From a virus: a DNA stretch of 64,000 nucleotides. The notes below the pieces were generated by a model that was given only the letters and a program-made list of their open reading frames with translations, had not been told where the DNA came from and searched no databases. The stretch lies in the IMG/VR virus record IMGVR_UViG_3300008259_002809, positions 1-64,000 of that record, one strand, 5' to 3'. Positions 47,443 through 57,931 of the stretch are shown here, piece after piece. Position 1 is the first letter of the stretch. Every line of letters starts with the position of its first letter. Position numbers and translations under genes: made by a program.

Positions 47443-48071
47443 AAAAGAAGATTTCACAGCGCCTTTACTGGAAGCAATGGCCCTACAAGATAATCCTGGG
47501 CAAGGAAGGTGACGAGCGTAAAATGCCGTGGAAGCATCGCTTTATCAAAGCCACTGATGACGAAACCTATGCATGGCATTCGCAGTTTAGACGATGGTTT
47601 AAAAAGAATTTTCCTGAAGCAGGGCTTCGTCAAGAAGGCCGTATCAGTGTTTTCTTGAAAACACAAGAACAAGTGGACATATTGGTGGATGCCTGGAACA
47701 ATTATATTCTAGAAATTTGGTCACCTGAGTCCGAGCAGGCTTTGACTTTGATGGAAAATCATGTTTATGATGTGATACGTCCTGAACCCTGGTATAAAAA
47801 GTATCCCATTCGTGCTCGCATACTCTACAATCAAGAGTTTAAAATGCGCGGGCTAGAGCAGATGCGTGATGCTGTCAAACAGATAGACTCTGAAAATTGG
47901 CATGCTGGCGGACTATTAAAAACCCTGTTATCTGACAAGATTCAAAGCAAAGTTCCTTACCCCTGTGGCCAACCTTTTTATCTTTATTTGCTAGACAACG
48001 AAGACGCCATAATGCTAAAACTACAGGTAGGTGACTGGGTTGATAGATTTGAGCGACAACGAAAACCCTGA
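47439..48071 (+). CDS. Hypothetical protein
   Basis: Coupled 210-aa ORF. Confidence 0.65.
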   Translation: MKKKISQRLYWKQWPYKIILGKEGDERKMPWKHRFIKATDDETYAWHSQFRRWFKKNFPEAGLRQEGRISVFLKTQEQVDILVDAWNNYILEIWSPESEQALTLMENHVYDVIRPEPWYKKYPIRARILYNQEFKMRGLEQMRDAVKQIDSENWHAGGLLKTLLSDKIQSKVPYPCGQPFYLYLLDNEDAIMLKLQVGDWVDRFERQRKP

Positions 48072-48094
48072 CTTAACACTGGTCCAATAAACCC

Positions 48095-48125
48095 AACCTC
48101 CGCTAAATAGTCGCGGAGGTTTTTT
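48095..48125 (+). terminator. Intrinsic terminator with late promoter TAAATA in its loop
   Basis: AACCTCCGC-TAAATAGTC-GCGGAGGTT plus T run; 3' arm contains the GGAGG SD of the next gene. Confidence 0.75.
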
Positions 48126-48126
48126 A

Positions 48127-48294
48127 ATGGCTAAAATTGTCGAAGATATCGTCATCATCAAGTTCAGCAAAATTGTCAAGGACAATGAAAACGCTGGTGC
48201 AGGCATTGCTAACGCCGAAGTAATTGCGGCTTTGGAACAGGTTGCACAAGAACTGGTTGGCGAATCAATTGTTGTTGAAACTATCAAGGAATAA
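48127..48294 (+). CDS. Small protein (55 aa, not in ORF track)
   Basis: MAKIVEDIVIIKFSKIVKD...LEQVAQELVG; GGAGG SD. Confidence 0.75.
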   Translation: MAKIVEDIVIIKFSKIVKDNENAGAGIANAEVIAALEQVAQELVGESIVVETIKE

Positions 48295-48297
48295 ACC

Positions 48298-48669
48298 ATG
48301 AGCATGAGAAATACCAACATGCTGGTTGGCAACGGTAGTCTAGATCAAACTGGCTCAGCCACTCGTGCTGACGGCTATTATGGTTTTGCTGACGGCATGC
48401 AAACTGTGGCATTTTATGTAAAAAACTTTCGCGGACGAGTTTTTATTGAGGCTTCTGTGAGCGATAATCCCACAGAGGCTGACTGGTTTCCCATTGGCCT
48501 ATCTAACCTAAGTTATTATGACTTTGACGATAGCGTTGGAGCAACTCGTGTTGAAACATTCAACGTAGTGGGAAACTTTGTTTATTTGCGGGCACGAATT
48601 CAAAGAAGCCATTTAGGCTTGCCCGTGACAGATTTAGGAAACTGTGAACGAGTAGTTCTAAGTTTATAA
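48298..48669 (+). CDS. Hypothetical (probable virion) protein
   Basis: Beta-rich; GYYG..DG..TV, DWF, GNFVYLRA. Confidence 0.7.
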   Translation: MSMRNTNMLVGNGSLDQTGSATRADGYYGFADGMQTVAFYVKNFRGRVFIEASVSDNPTEADWFPIGLSNLSYYDFDDSVGATRVETFNVVGNFVYLRARIQRSHLGLPVTDLGNCERVVLSL

Positions 48670-48685
48670 CAGGAGAAATAATAAC

Positions 48686-51600
48686 ATGGCGATTAACGCA
48701 TCTTCAGGAGGACAACTACAGGGTGGCACAGGAAGTGGCGGCGGCCTTACTGAAGAAGATGTTCATGACATTGTTGATGATCAACTTGAAGTAGGCAACG
48801 ATATCAACATTGGCCTTCAAGCCACCTATGATGATTCCACAGGCAAACTTGTTCTAAGTTTGGCTGGTGCTACCAATAGTGGTGGTTCGGGCTCAGGCGT
48901 AATCGTTAAAGAAAATGACACAGCACGTGGTTCAGCAACCACCCTGAATTTCGTTGGACCCAACGTAAGTGTCAGCGATAACGTGGCCACCATCACTGGC
49001 GGTCTTGATTCTATCTCAGTATATGAAAATACCAGCAATCGTGGAAACTTTACCAGCATTAACTTTGTCAGTGGAGCAACTGTAACAGTTGACAACGGCA
49101 CAGCCAATGTAACCATTGCTGGCGGCAGTAGCCCATATACACTACCAACAGCATCAACCAGCGTGTTGGGTGGCGTCAAAGTAGACGGCACAACTATTTT
49201 AATTGATGGCAACGGAGTTATTTCCGCAGTTGGTGGCGGCTCTGGTGGCGGTATCAGTCTTGGTGATGTTGGCACATATTTGACCAACAACGGCTATGCC
49301 ACACAAACTTATGTAAATGGTCAAGTAACAAACTTGATCAATGGTGCTCCTGCCATCCTTGACACTCTCAACGAACTACAAGCCGCCTTGGGTGGTGATG
49401 CCAACTTTGCATCAACGATCACTACAGCATTGACCGGCAAGTTGAATATTTCTGGCGGCACAATGACTGGCACATTGACATTGGCTGGTAACCCTGCTAA
49501 TGCACTGGAAGCCGCTACCAAATCCTATGTGGACACTAAAGTTGCCCAGGGTTTAAGTTCGCTTCCAACCCCAAGTTCATATTTGGATGATCTAGTAGAC
49601 GTCAGCACCGCTGGCGTAGCAACAGGACAAGTATTGGGATGGGATGGTGGTGCTTGGGTGCCAACTAATAATACAGGTGCCACTGGTCCACAAGGCCCCG
49701 CAGGTGCTACAGGCCCTGCTGGTGCAAATGGTTCCAGCATCACATCAGCCACAGTCAGCGTCACTGGTAGATTGTTGGTGACACTCAGCAATGGCACAGT
49801 AGTTGATGCAGGCAATGTGTCTGGCATCAGTTCAGCCACTGTTGACGGCAGTGGTCAATTGGTATTGACCAAGCAAGACGGTTCAACCGTAAATGCAGGC
49901 AACGTTATTGGTCCCAAAGGTGATACCGGTAACACAGGCCCTCAGGGTCCACAAGGTAGCACAGGTTCTACCGGAGTTGGTGTTGCTGGAGCCGTAGTGA
50001 ATGGCAGTGGTCAACTGGTGATTACTCTCACTGATGGTAGCACAGTCAATGCAGGCAGTTCAGTGGGTCCACAGGGTCCACAAGGTGTTGCAGGTCCTAC
50101 CGGTCCTACAGGTCCACAGGGTGTAAGCGTGGTCACTGCTGTCATTGACGGCGCAGGCAATTTAATTCTCACACTTGACGATGGCACTAGCATCCAAGCA
50201 GGCAGTTCAGTGGGTCCAATGGGTCCACAGGGTGTGCAAGGTCCAGCAGGTCGTAGCATTGCTGACAGCGGTGTCACTGTTGACGGCGACGGCAATTTAC
50301 AAGTCACTTTAAGTGATGGTGTTGTAATCAACGCTGGCTATGTTGTTGGCCCACAGGGTTCGACAGGCGCACAAGGTATTAAAGGTGACAAGGGCGACCA
50401 AGGTATTCAAGGTATACAAGGACCTCAAGGCGATAGTTATACTGTCAATGGTTCCACTGGAAGCGTTCAAATTTATGGGTTGAGTTCAACAACACAATCT
50501 GGTTACGATTTTGAAGTTGATCTATCAAACAAGGCCAACAGACTTACCACTGCTAGAACAATCAGCCTGGCAGGTAAAGTCACTGGTCTAACCAGTTTTG
50601 ATGGCACTGGCAACGTCAGCATTACCACAGCACTCAGCGGTGTCACAACATCAGATGTCAATGAAGGCACTAACCAATACTTTACACAGGCTCGTGCAAG
50701 ATCTGCACTGAGTTCTACTGCTGATTCCAGCATTTCAAGTTTGATCAGTTATGATGATTCAACTGGTGTTATCAAATATCGTGCCAGCACCAGTTATATC
50801 ACAGAAGGCAGTAACTTATATTTCACCAACAGTCGTGCAGATGCTCGTGCAGATGCAAGAATTGGTGCTGCCAGCATCAATGCTTTGGCAGACGTTGACA
50901 CATTAACATCAGCACCTACTAATGGTCAAGTCTTGACTTGGACTGGTAGTGCTTGGACACCAGCGGCCGCAGGCAGTGGTTCTGGTGCAGTTTCAAGTGT
51001 CAACACCAAAACCGGTGCAGTGGTTCTCAGCACTGATGATGTCACAGAAGGCACAAGCAATCTTTATTACACAAACACAAGATTTGATACACGCCTAGCA
51101 ACAAAGACCACAGACAATTTAAATGAAGGCACAACCAACAAGTATTTCAGCAACACATTGGCAAGAAATGCGTTGGTTGCCGGCACAGGTATTTCATACA
51201 ACAGTTCAACAGGAACAATCACACTCAGTGCCAACACAGATCAAGTCACAGAAGGCAGTTCAAACTTGTTCTATACCAACACAAGATTTGATACACGCCT
51301 AGGACAAAGTAATCTAAGCCAACTAGCCAATGTTACCAACACTACTCCTACAACTGGGCAAGCATTGGCTTGGAACGGTAGTGCTTGGGCACCTACTACA
51401 ATCAGTGGCGGTGGCGGTGGCGGATCTTCATCTTCAGGTGTATTCCGTGCCAGTGCTCAAGTTGAATACGATGCGTCCGGTAACCTATCAAGTGTAAGTG
51501 TGTTGAGTGGTGGTATTGCCGCTGTGATTGCCACAGCAACATCAACAACTGCTACAGTGACATTTACATTTACTGGTAGCACATGCCCTCCACTCAGCAC

Positions 51601-51838
51601 TATGGTTTATGGTTATCAACGAGCCAGCAACGTGTTTGTTTCACGTGCCTTGGCCAGTGACTTTACCACAAGAACAATTGCAGGTGGTGGAACCAGCGGT
51701 AGCCCAACAGCATTTTCAAGTTTTGATTCTGCAACAAATACAATGACACTGAGTTTGACCAAAGCCTTAACAGGTGCTAGTGCCGCAGTAGGACAGACAA
51801 CACACGCAGTGGTTCAATTCTTACTCAGCAGTGATTAA
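48686..51838 (+). CDS. Collagen-like tail fibre/virion fibre protein
   Basis: Gly-X-Y runs alternating with ~24-aa beta repeats; AP..LDTL.EL..AL; TD...EG..N.Y.T..R repeats. Confidence 0.85.
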   Translation: MAINASSGGQLQGGTGSGGGLTEEDVHDIVDDQLEVGNDINIGLQATYDDSTGKLVLSLAGATNSGGSGSGVIVKENDTARGSATTLNFVGPNVSVSDNVATITGGLDSISVYENTSNRGNFTSINFVSGATVTVDNGTANVTIAGGSSPYTLPTASTSVLGGVKVDGTTILIDGNGVISAVGGGSGGGISLGDVGTYLTNNGYATQTYVNGQVTNLINGAPAILDTLNELQAALGGDANFASTITTALTGKLNISGGTMTGTLTLAGNPANALEAATKSYVDTKVAQGLSSLPTPSSYLDDLVDVSTAGVATGQVLGWDGGAWVPTNNTGATGPQGPAGATGPAGANGSSITSATVSVTGRLLVTLSNGTVVDAGNVSGISSATVDGSGQLVLTKQDGSTVNAGNVIGPKGDTGNTGPQGPQGSTGSTGVGVAGAVVNGSGQLVITLTDGSTVNAGSSVGPQGPQGVAGPTGPTGPQGVSVVTAVIDGAGNLILTLDDGTSIQAGSSVGPMGPQGVQGPAGRSIADSGVTVDGDGNLQVTLSDGVVINAGYVVGPQGSTGAQGIKGDKGDQGIQGIQGPQGDSYTVNGSTGSVQIYGLSSTTQSGYDFEVDLSNKANRLTTARTISLAGKVTGLTSFDGTGNVSITTALSGVTTSDVNEGTNQYFTQARARSALSSTADSSISSLISYDDSTGVIKYRASTSYITEGSNLYFTNSRADARADARIGAASINALADVDTLTSAPTNGQVLTWTGSAWTPAAAGSGSGAVSSVNTKTGAVVLSTDDVTEGTSNLYYTNTRFDTRLATKTTDNLNEGTTNKYFSNTLARNALVAGTGISYNSSTGTITLSANTDQVTEGSSNLFYTNTRFDTRLGQSNLSQLANVTNTTPTTGQALAWNGSAWAPTTISGGGGGGSSSSGVFRASAQVEYDASGNLSSVSVLSGGIAAVIATATSTTATVTFTFTGSTCPPLSTMVYGYQRASNVFVSRALASDFTTRTIAGGGTSGSPTAFSSFDSATNTMTLSLTKALTGASAAVGQTTHAVVQFLLSSD
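49700..50430 (+). repeat. Coding repeats (collagen and V.G.G.L..TL.DG....AG units)
   Basis: About six protein repeat units; exact 21-bp DNA repeat at 50051 and 50198. Confidence 0.8.
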
Positions 51839-51849
51839 AAGGGCGTAGG

Positions 51850-53838
51850 ATGTCAATCAATGCTTGGAAGACCAGTTTCGTAGGCCTAAACAAACCTGCA
51901 AAGGTATTGTCAGGCACGGCTGACTCTTTCACTCCAGTTTCACTTTGGCCTTATGCCAACGGTGCTGATGATCCTTATTGGTCCGGCGGCACCAATCCTC
52001 AATACTATCGTTGGGAAGTGTCATTTACTGTCAACAGCCGCAGTCACGGTAGCAACCTTACAAGAACTCCTTTTAGTTTTGATGCACAAGACATTGAAGT
52101 AGGTGATTTTGTAGCAGGTGCTCAGGATGGTAAAGTTTGCCAGATCATGAGCATTAGTCAAAAGGACAACAATACGTTCACTGCTGTTGTTGAAGATAGA
52201 CTACGCTACAATACATTTAGAGATCCCACAGGCTTTGGCTTGTTTGGAACTCCTGGCACAGTGATCTTCTTCCAAATTAACGAACTGGGTTTTCCAATGT
52301 TGGATCCTGTTCCTGGAGAAGCAGCCGCAGATTTCTTTACCAACGTAATGAGTAGATTCCAATACATGAATCCACTTACAAATTATTTGTTGGAAAAAAC
52401 CAACCATGGTTTTGAGCAAGGCGATGCCATTTGTATTGAGAATGAAGAATTTGTTCTCAGTGACACTGACAACGTCAACAAGTTTATTGGAACTGTGGTA
52501 TTTGCAGGTCCTGGACCCAATCAGTTTGTTTTGAAACCTGCCAATGGTATCATTGACTTTGTGCCAGGACTTCCAGGCGCAGTTGGAGACTATCTATATC
52601 CCAGCGTCAACGGCACAGGTGATTTGACTACAGATTCTGCTAGTTCAAGACCTGTGTTTATGAAGATTGCTGATGCTGTTGCAACATCAACCACAGGCAC
52701 CGGTATTGACCCCATTGGCAATGATGGCGACGTTGTTGAAATCAACAGAGTTCAAGTAACATTATCAAGCGGCGCTGGACAATACAATGTCAATCATGCA
52801 GTAACACAAATCAATGCTGAAACTTCTAATCATGGCGTTACAGCAGTTAAAGTTGGAGCCGCAACTGAAACACAATCTGATCCCGCAGGACAAGGTAGTG
52901 CCTATGGTATTGTTGCAGGCTACACTCCATTTAGTGCAGAAATCAATGGCATCACTGTAAACTTTACAACCACCACATCAGGTGCCGCAGCCTATGGTGA
53001 TCCCGCAGTGGCCGACGCCAATGATATGATTGCAGATATAAATGCCGCTGGTGTGCCAGATGTTGTTGCCAGTGTGGTCAACGGCAGTGAAATCAAATTG
53101 CGTAACAACGCTGGTGGAGCCATTACCATTGTAAACACCATTAGCGATGCCAATGGCAATGCTTTTGCTGGTGCCGCTTCTCTTTCAAGTTTGCCTGCAT
53201 CAACTCCTGCCAACACTTCAACATTTGCACTTAGATTGTTACGTGAAGACGGTGGTCCATTGACCATTAGAGATTTTCAAGGAACATTCTTTGCTGATGC
53301 AGGCGTCATGTCTGGACAGAACGGTAGATATGCACTGGGTCTAAACATTGAACAAGGTCTGCGTTCAAGTCAAACCACTGTAGTAGCAGACATTGCCGCA
53401 CGTAATGCCCTTTATCCATTGGTTGGTGATCAAGCCTACGTCATTGACGATGCCAATGGTGAGTGGGCACTATTCCTATGGGATGGTAGTGCTTGGACTA
53501 GATTCCAAAACCAGCGCAGTGAATCAACAGATGCCAAAACCATTGAAGCAGTCTATACATTCCCCAACTCTGGTGACATTCAAATTGGTGCCATTACCGC
53601 AGGGCGTAGACTGCTAAAAATTTCTGTTGTGGTTTTATCAGACCTAACAACGCCACCTAACTTTGAAGTCGAAGTTGGTGCCACTGGTTTATGGAACTAT
53701 GAACAAAATGGCGGTGCCAGCGTAGGTGCATATAGTGTTGAAACAGATTACATTACATCACTGATTGAAGCAGTGACATTAAAAGTGCCAGCCAATACTG
53801 CCACAGGTAGCGTTCGTGTAGAGGTAACCTATCTATGA
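51850..53838 (+). CDS. Probable virion structural protein
   Basis: Large Gly/Thr/Ala-rich ORF in the fibre operon. Confidence 0.7.
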   Translation: MSINAWKTSFVGLNKPAKVLSGTADSFTPVSLWPYANGADDPYWSGGTNPQYYRWEVSFTVNSRSHGSNLTRTPFSFDAQDIEVGDFVAGAQDGKVCQIMSISQKDNNTFTAVVEDRLRYNTFRDPTGFGLFGTPGTVIFFQINELGFPMLDPVPGEAAADFFTNVMSRFQYMNPLTNYLLEKTNHGFEQGDAICIENEEFVLSDTDNVNKFIGTVVFAGPGPNQFVLKPANGIIDFVPGLPGAVGDYLYPSVNGTGDLTTDSASSRPVFMKIADAVATSTTGTGIDPIGNDGDVVEINRVQVTLSSGAGQYNVNHAVTQINAETSNHGVTAVKVGAATETQSDPAGQGSAYGIVAGYTPFSAEINGITVNFTTTTSGAAAYGDPAVADANDMIADINAAGVPDVVASVVNGSEIKLRNNAGGAITIVNTISDANGNAFAGAASLSSLPASTPANTSTFALRLLREDGGPLTIRDFQGTFFADAGVMSGQNGRYALGLNIEQGLRSSQTTVVADIAARNALYPLVGDQAYVIDDANGEWALFLWDGSAWTRFQNQRSESTDAKTIEAVYTFPNSGDIQIGAITAGRRLLKISVVVLSDLTTPPNFEVEVGATGLWNYEQNGGASVGAYSVETDYITSLIEAVTLKVPANTATGSVRVEVTYL

Positions 53839-54230
53839 GTCGACAGTTTAACAACAGCACCGGCACAACATCAACAGAATTTCAATTGGGTGCTGGCACA
53901 GGCGCAGAAGTTAGACAATTTGTGCTGACTGCCAGTGTCAATGGTGCTCCAGTGATGGCTACTGATCGTGCCAGCAACGAGATTGCTGTTGCTGGTGTAG
54001 AATTTTATGATATCAAATTGCTGGCCAAAGATGCCACAGGAACAGTTGCACGTCATATTCGCGGAACTGTTTCTGGAACTACAACAACTAGAATTACAGA
54101 TACGTTCCAAGAAGATTTTGATGGCGATATTGCTGTCACATCCAACGGAACTACGTTTAGTGTTGAATGCACGAGCACCACTTCAGCAAATTTCACAATC
54201 TATGTGACCTTAACAAGGGTTAGTGCATAA
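53835..54230 (+). CDS. Probable virion structural protein
   Basis: Thr-rich beta protein, coupled. Confidence 0.65.
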   Translation: MSRQFNNSTGTTSTEFQLGAGTGAEVRQFVLTASVNGAPVMATDRASNEIAVAGVEFYDIKLLAKDATGTVARHIRGTVSGTTTTRITDTFQEDFDGDIAVTSNGTTFSVECTSTTSANFTIYVTLTRVSA

Positions 54231-55459
54231 TGACAATTGCAAAAATTAAATTTTCTCAACTGCCAGCGGCAGATGACACAGATATTGCCGATGGCGATAT
54301 CATTCCTGTGGTCAATGGCATTGCCAGCAAAAAGATCACATTTGGCAATTTTAAAGAATACTTGGTGTCCAAAGGGTTTGCCAGCATTGACGACGTAAAC
54401 ACTAGAGTCAGCAATGCTATCACTTCCATAGTGGGTGGTGCTCCTGAATACTTAGACACGCTCAAGGAACTAGCAGATGCCATCAATAATGATGCTGGTT
54501 TTGCTACCACAGTGGAAACATTGGTTAATGGAGTATTTGGCAGTAAAACCTCAGACGATTTGCCTGAAGGAGCAACAAACAAATACTTTACCAGTGGTGC
54601 CGCCGACTATCATTTTGACACTAGATTTTTACTAAAAACAACTACGCATTTAGAAGAAGGATCTAGGTTATATTTTACCACAGAACGTGCTCGAGATGCC
54701 ATCTTTGATGCAGATGATTTGATTAACTTTGCCAATGGTGGACAAGTAGGTAATGCACAGTTGGTGCACCAGGGTTCTCCATTTGACGGAATGGACATTT
54801 ACTCTCCTGCTGGCCATGCATGGGTTCAATTAAACTACGATGACACAAACTATGTTTGGGTTGACGAAGACCATGTTGGCATTGACGTTGGCACAGTGAG
54901 TTGGAATTTCACAGGCGACGGCAAACTAGAACTTCCTGCCGGTGGCGATATTGTTGACAGCGATGGTAACAGCGTCTTAGGTGGAGGCACACCTGCACCA
55001 ACCAATATCAATGATTTGGCAGATGTTGTTATTTCAAGTCCAACCGCAGGACAAGTTTTAAAATACAATGGGACAAACTGGATCAATGATACTGATGCTA
55101 CCGGGGGTGGCGGCGGCGGTGAAGTAGGCTCAGATCCTACATTTACCAGCGTCACTGCTACTACTGTCAATGTTCGTGACCTAAACTTCACTGGCACTGG
55201 TGCAGTAAACATTACCAGCAACAACGACATTAACTTGCAAGCCGAAGGTTGGATTACATTTTCTTCATTGCCAAAGATTCCAACATACACCCTAGCACAA
55301 CTTCAAGCATTGGCAGGAGTTCCATTTGGTGCAATTGCTGTTTGCTCAAACCCCACAATTGGTAGCGCAAGGCCTGTATGGTATAACGGATCAGCATGGA
55401 AAGACATGGCCAACGGTGACCTCACAGGCGGTGATGATTTTTCTATATCTGGTCAATAA
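54230..55459 (+). CDS. Tail fibre-like protein
   Basis: KFSQLP, GAPEYLDTLKELADAI, EG.TNKYFT, L.DV....PT.GQVL.YNG..W motifs shared with 48686. Confidence 0.78.
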   Translation: MTIAKIKFSQLPAADDTDIADGDIIPVVNGIASKKITFGNFKEYLVSKGFASIDDVNTRVSNAITSIVGGAPEYLDTLKELADAINNDAGFATTVETLVNGVFGSKTSDDLPEGATNKYFTSGAADYHFDTRFLLKTTTHLEEGSRLYFTTERARDAIFDADDLINFANGGQVGNAQLVHQGSPFDGMDIYSPAGHAWVQLNYDDTNYVWVDEDHVGIDVGTVSWNFTGDGKLELPAGGDIVDSDGNSVLGGGTPAPTNINDLADVVISSPTAGQVLKYNGTNWINDTDATGGGGGGEVGSDPTFTSVTATTVNVRDLNFTGTGAVNITSNNDINLQAEGWITFSSLPKIPTYTLAQLQALAGVPFGAIAVCSNPTIGSARPVWYNGSAWKDMANGDLTGGDDFSISGQ

Positions 55460-55471
55460 AGGAACTAGAAC

Positions 55472-56980
55472 ATGGAAAGAGAATATATCATAACTGTTAA
55501 AGATCCAGCAGTCTGGGATACTGGACTCTGGAACGAATTGACCCAAGACGGACTTGGCGATAATTTTATTCCCACCAGAGAAGTAGACGTGGTCAACGAG
55601 CGTCCATTCAATGAATGGTGTGCTCACTTCAATCTCACTGATGAGGAAGCAGAACTAATTCGCCAGGATTCGAGAATTGATACTGTGGAACTGCAAGCAG
55701 ATCTACAGGATGACGTAAAAAAAGAGTTCATTGGAACTAGAACAGCACTCTACGACAAAAGTAACGCAACATCGGCCACAATGAAAAATTGGGGACTACT
55801 TCGATGCATAAACAACAGCGACCCTTTTATCAGTTCAACCAGTGTCAACGGGGATTATACCTATAATTTAGATGGCACAGGAGTTGATGTTGTTGTTATG
55901 GATTCTGGAGTTGAACCAGGCCATCCTGAATTTGCTGTCAATGCTGACGGCACCGGCGGTAGTCGTGTAGTAGATTTCAACTGGGCCAGTCTTGGTGTGC
56001 CAGGCACACCTAGTGCGGCCAGCATTGGCGGATATTTAGGCGATGCTGACGGACACGGTAGTCATTGTGCCGGCATTGCCGCGGGCAATACTTGTGGTTG
56101 GGCACCTGGTGCCGCAATTTACAGCATTAGAATTTTTGGTGGTGCAAGAATCACCAATGGTGCTTACCTAGGAACTATCAGTTCAGACATTGCCTTTGAC
56201 TTGGTTCGTGCATTTCATTTGCAAAAAATTGCTGCCGGCAATACACGACCAACTATCTGCACCAACAGTTGGGGGTATCGTAGCAGTTATTCTGGTATGC
56301 AATATACCGTGTGGCGTGGAACACAATACAATATTACTTCTAGAAATAATTCCTACGGACAGATCAACTCACTGCATCCTTATGTGGTAAACTATCTTGA
56401 TGTATCTGTGAACAATGCGTCCTCAGCAGGTGTCATCATGGTAGGTGCCGCAGGAAACTATCTTCACAAGGCAGATGTCATGGGTGGCATTGACTACGAC
56501 AACTATTATCGTGCCTACAGTGAAAACATTTACTATCATAGAGGTTCTAGCCCAACTCGTGCCAGTTCCATGATCAACGTTGGTGCTGTGGATAACTTTA
56601 CCACAGAACGCAAGGCCTATTTCAGCGAAACAGGTCCTAGAGTGGATGTCTATGCTCCAGGTGTTAGAATCATGAGTGCCTTGAGTAACAATTATGGCAG
56701 TCTCAGTGATCCTAGAAATAGTGCTTATAGAATTGGAAAGATTGACGGAACCAGTATGGCATGTCCGCAGGTCACAGGTCTGTTGGCTTGTGTGCTACAA
56801 GCCCGGCCCACTATGACTCCTGCAGAAGCCAAGCAATTTGTCATTGACCATTCGATGAAAAACGTTTTGCAAGAAGGTAGCAGTTATCTTTATACCAGCA
56901 CTACATACTTGCAAGACGGCAACAACAGATATTTAAAAATGCCTTTCACCAACCCACAACGGGGTGGTATCACATCTTAA
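55472..56980 (+). CDS. Subtilisin-like serine protease (S8)
   Basis: VVVMDSG, GHGSHCAG, AAGN, GTSMACP catalytic motifs; N-terminal prodomain-like region. Confidence 0.93.
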   Translation: MEREYIITVKDPAVWDTGLWNELTQDGLGDNFIPTREVDVVNERPFNEWCAHFNLTDEEAELIRQDSRIDTVELQADLQDDVKKEFIGTRTALYDKSNATSATMKNWGLLRCINNSDPFISSTSVNGDYTYNLDGTGVDVVVMDSGVEPGHPEFAVNADGTGGSRVVDFNWASLGVPGTPSAASIGGYLGDADGHGSHCAGIAAGNTCGWAPGAAIYSIRIFGGARITNGAYLGTISSDIAFDLVRAFHLQKIAAGNTRPTICTNSWGYRSSYSGMQYTVWRGTQYNITSRNNSYGQINSLHPYVVNYLDVSVNNASSAGVIMVGAAGNYLHKADVMGGIDYDNYYRAYSENIYYHRGSSPTRASSMINVGAVDNFTTERKAYFSETGPRVDVYAPGVRIMSALSNNYGSLSDPRNSAYRIGKIDGTSMACPQVTGLLACVLQARPTMTPAEAKQFVIDHSMKNVLQEGSSYLYTSTTYLQDGNNRYLKMPFTNPQRGGITS

Positions 56981-56992
56981 AGAGATGCTATC

Positions 56993-57391
56993 ATGGAACA
57001 GATCTACGAACCACTGTGCAATTTAAGAGTATGCGTAAGCAGAGAACTGTCAGACGAAGAATTTGAGTTGCTGACTGAGATCTTAGAGGATCACATTGGC
57101 GACTACATTGATGACGATCAAGTGATCATGCACGACGTTTATCTTGACGGCTATGACCGCATGTTTACCTGTTACTTGTTCAGCCTCAAGGACTATCTAG
57201 TCAATGCTGAAGACGGTGCCTACCGAGGCGACAGCCTAAGCGCAGACTTGGATGAATGGATGCCAGGTGACGTTATCTGGGAACTTGAAGCCAGTTTGCC
57301 GGACCAGGAAGTAGACGTTGCTGACGATGCTTCAGAGTCTGAAGTGTTTGAATCTGTTCAAGACCAAATCCGTAAACTGCTTAAAGGCTAA
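56993..57391 (+). CDS. Hypothetical acidic protein
   Basis: Clean ORF, highly acidic. Confidence 0.6.
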   Translation: MEQIYEPLCNLRVCVSRELSDEEFELLTEILEDHIGDYIDDDQVIMHDVYLDGYDRMFTCYLFSLKDYLVNAEDGAYRGDSLSADLDEWMPGDVIWELEASLPDQEVDVADDASESEVFESVQDQIRKLLKG

Positions 57392-57422
57392 CATACGCTG
57401 ACAATCATGACTAGATAAAGTC

Positions 57423-57878
57423 ATGAGAGATCAATTAAAAGAACAAGGCTACGTCCTACGCGAAGGCTGGGACGATGCTATACAGCGTGACTTTGAGATT
57501 TGGTATCGCTTCACAGAGGATCGTTCTGTTTCCCACTATGCTTTTTATCCCCGCAGAGATCATAGAAACTCTGCAGGATTTGTGCATGGTGGAGTCATGG
57601 CCACATTTGTTGACCACTGTATGGGCAGTATGTGTTGGAGACTCACTGACGGCGGATTTGGTTGGACCATTACGCTAAATCTACAGTTTGTGAGACCTGC
57701 CAGAGTCGAGCGTTGGCTCTTTGCAGAAGTCCGGCACTTGACGGGCACTGACTCAAATATTTTGTTGGATGCTCGTGTTTACTCTGTGCCAAAGTTTTCT
57801 GGCCCATTGGTAGCACAGGCTCAAGGTAGTTTTACCGTTCCAGGCAAAAAGGCTAAAAAAGCCGTAGACCAACAGTGA
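57423..57878 (+). CDS. PaaI-family hotdog thioesterase
   Basis: H.NSAGFVHGGVMATFVD, TITLNLQFVRPA, A.A.G.F. Confidence 0.85.
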   Translation: MRDQLKEQGYVLREGWDDAIQRDFEIWYRFTEDRSVSHYAFYPRRDHRNSAGFVHGGVMATFVDHCMGSMCWRLTDGGFGWTITLNLQFVRPARVERWLFAEVRHLTGTDSNILLDARVYSVPKFSGPLVAQAQGSFTVPGKKAKKAVDQQ

Positions 57879-57893
57879 CTTTTCACATATAAT
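57865..57893 (+). promoter_or_regulatory. sigma70-type promoter for coiled-coil gene and ncRNA
   Basis: TAGACC-17bp-TATAAT. Confidence 0.6.
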
Positions 57894-57931
57894 AGCAACA
57901 TAGTTTCAAAAACTTCTCTAAGGATATCTCC

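Noticed and set aside
51074-51302. 25-bp exact direct repeat as DGR template/variable repeat
   Set aside because: Both copies are in frame within one fibre gene, encode a repeated peptide, show no adenine-specific differences, and no RT is present.
48826-55290. Antisense ORFs within the fibre genes and similar shadow ORFs elsewhere (e.g. 3359-3886, 40988-41416)
   Set aside because: They lie opposite well-supported genes and reflect codon bias; no motifs or SD support.
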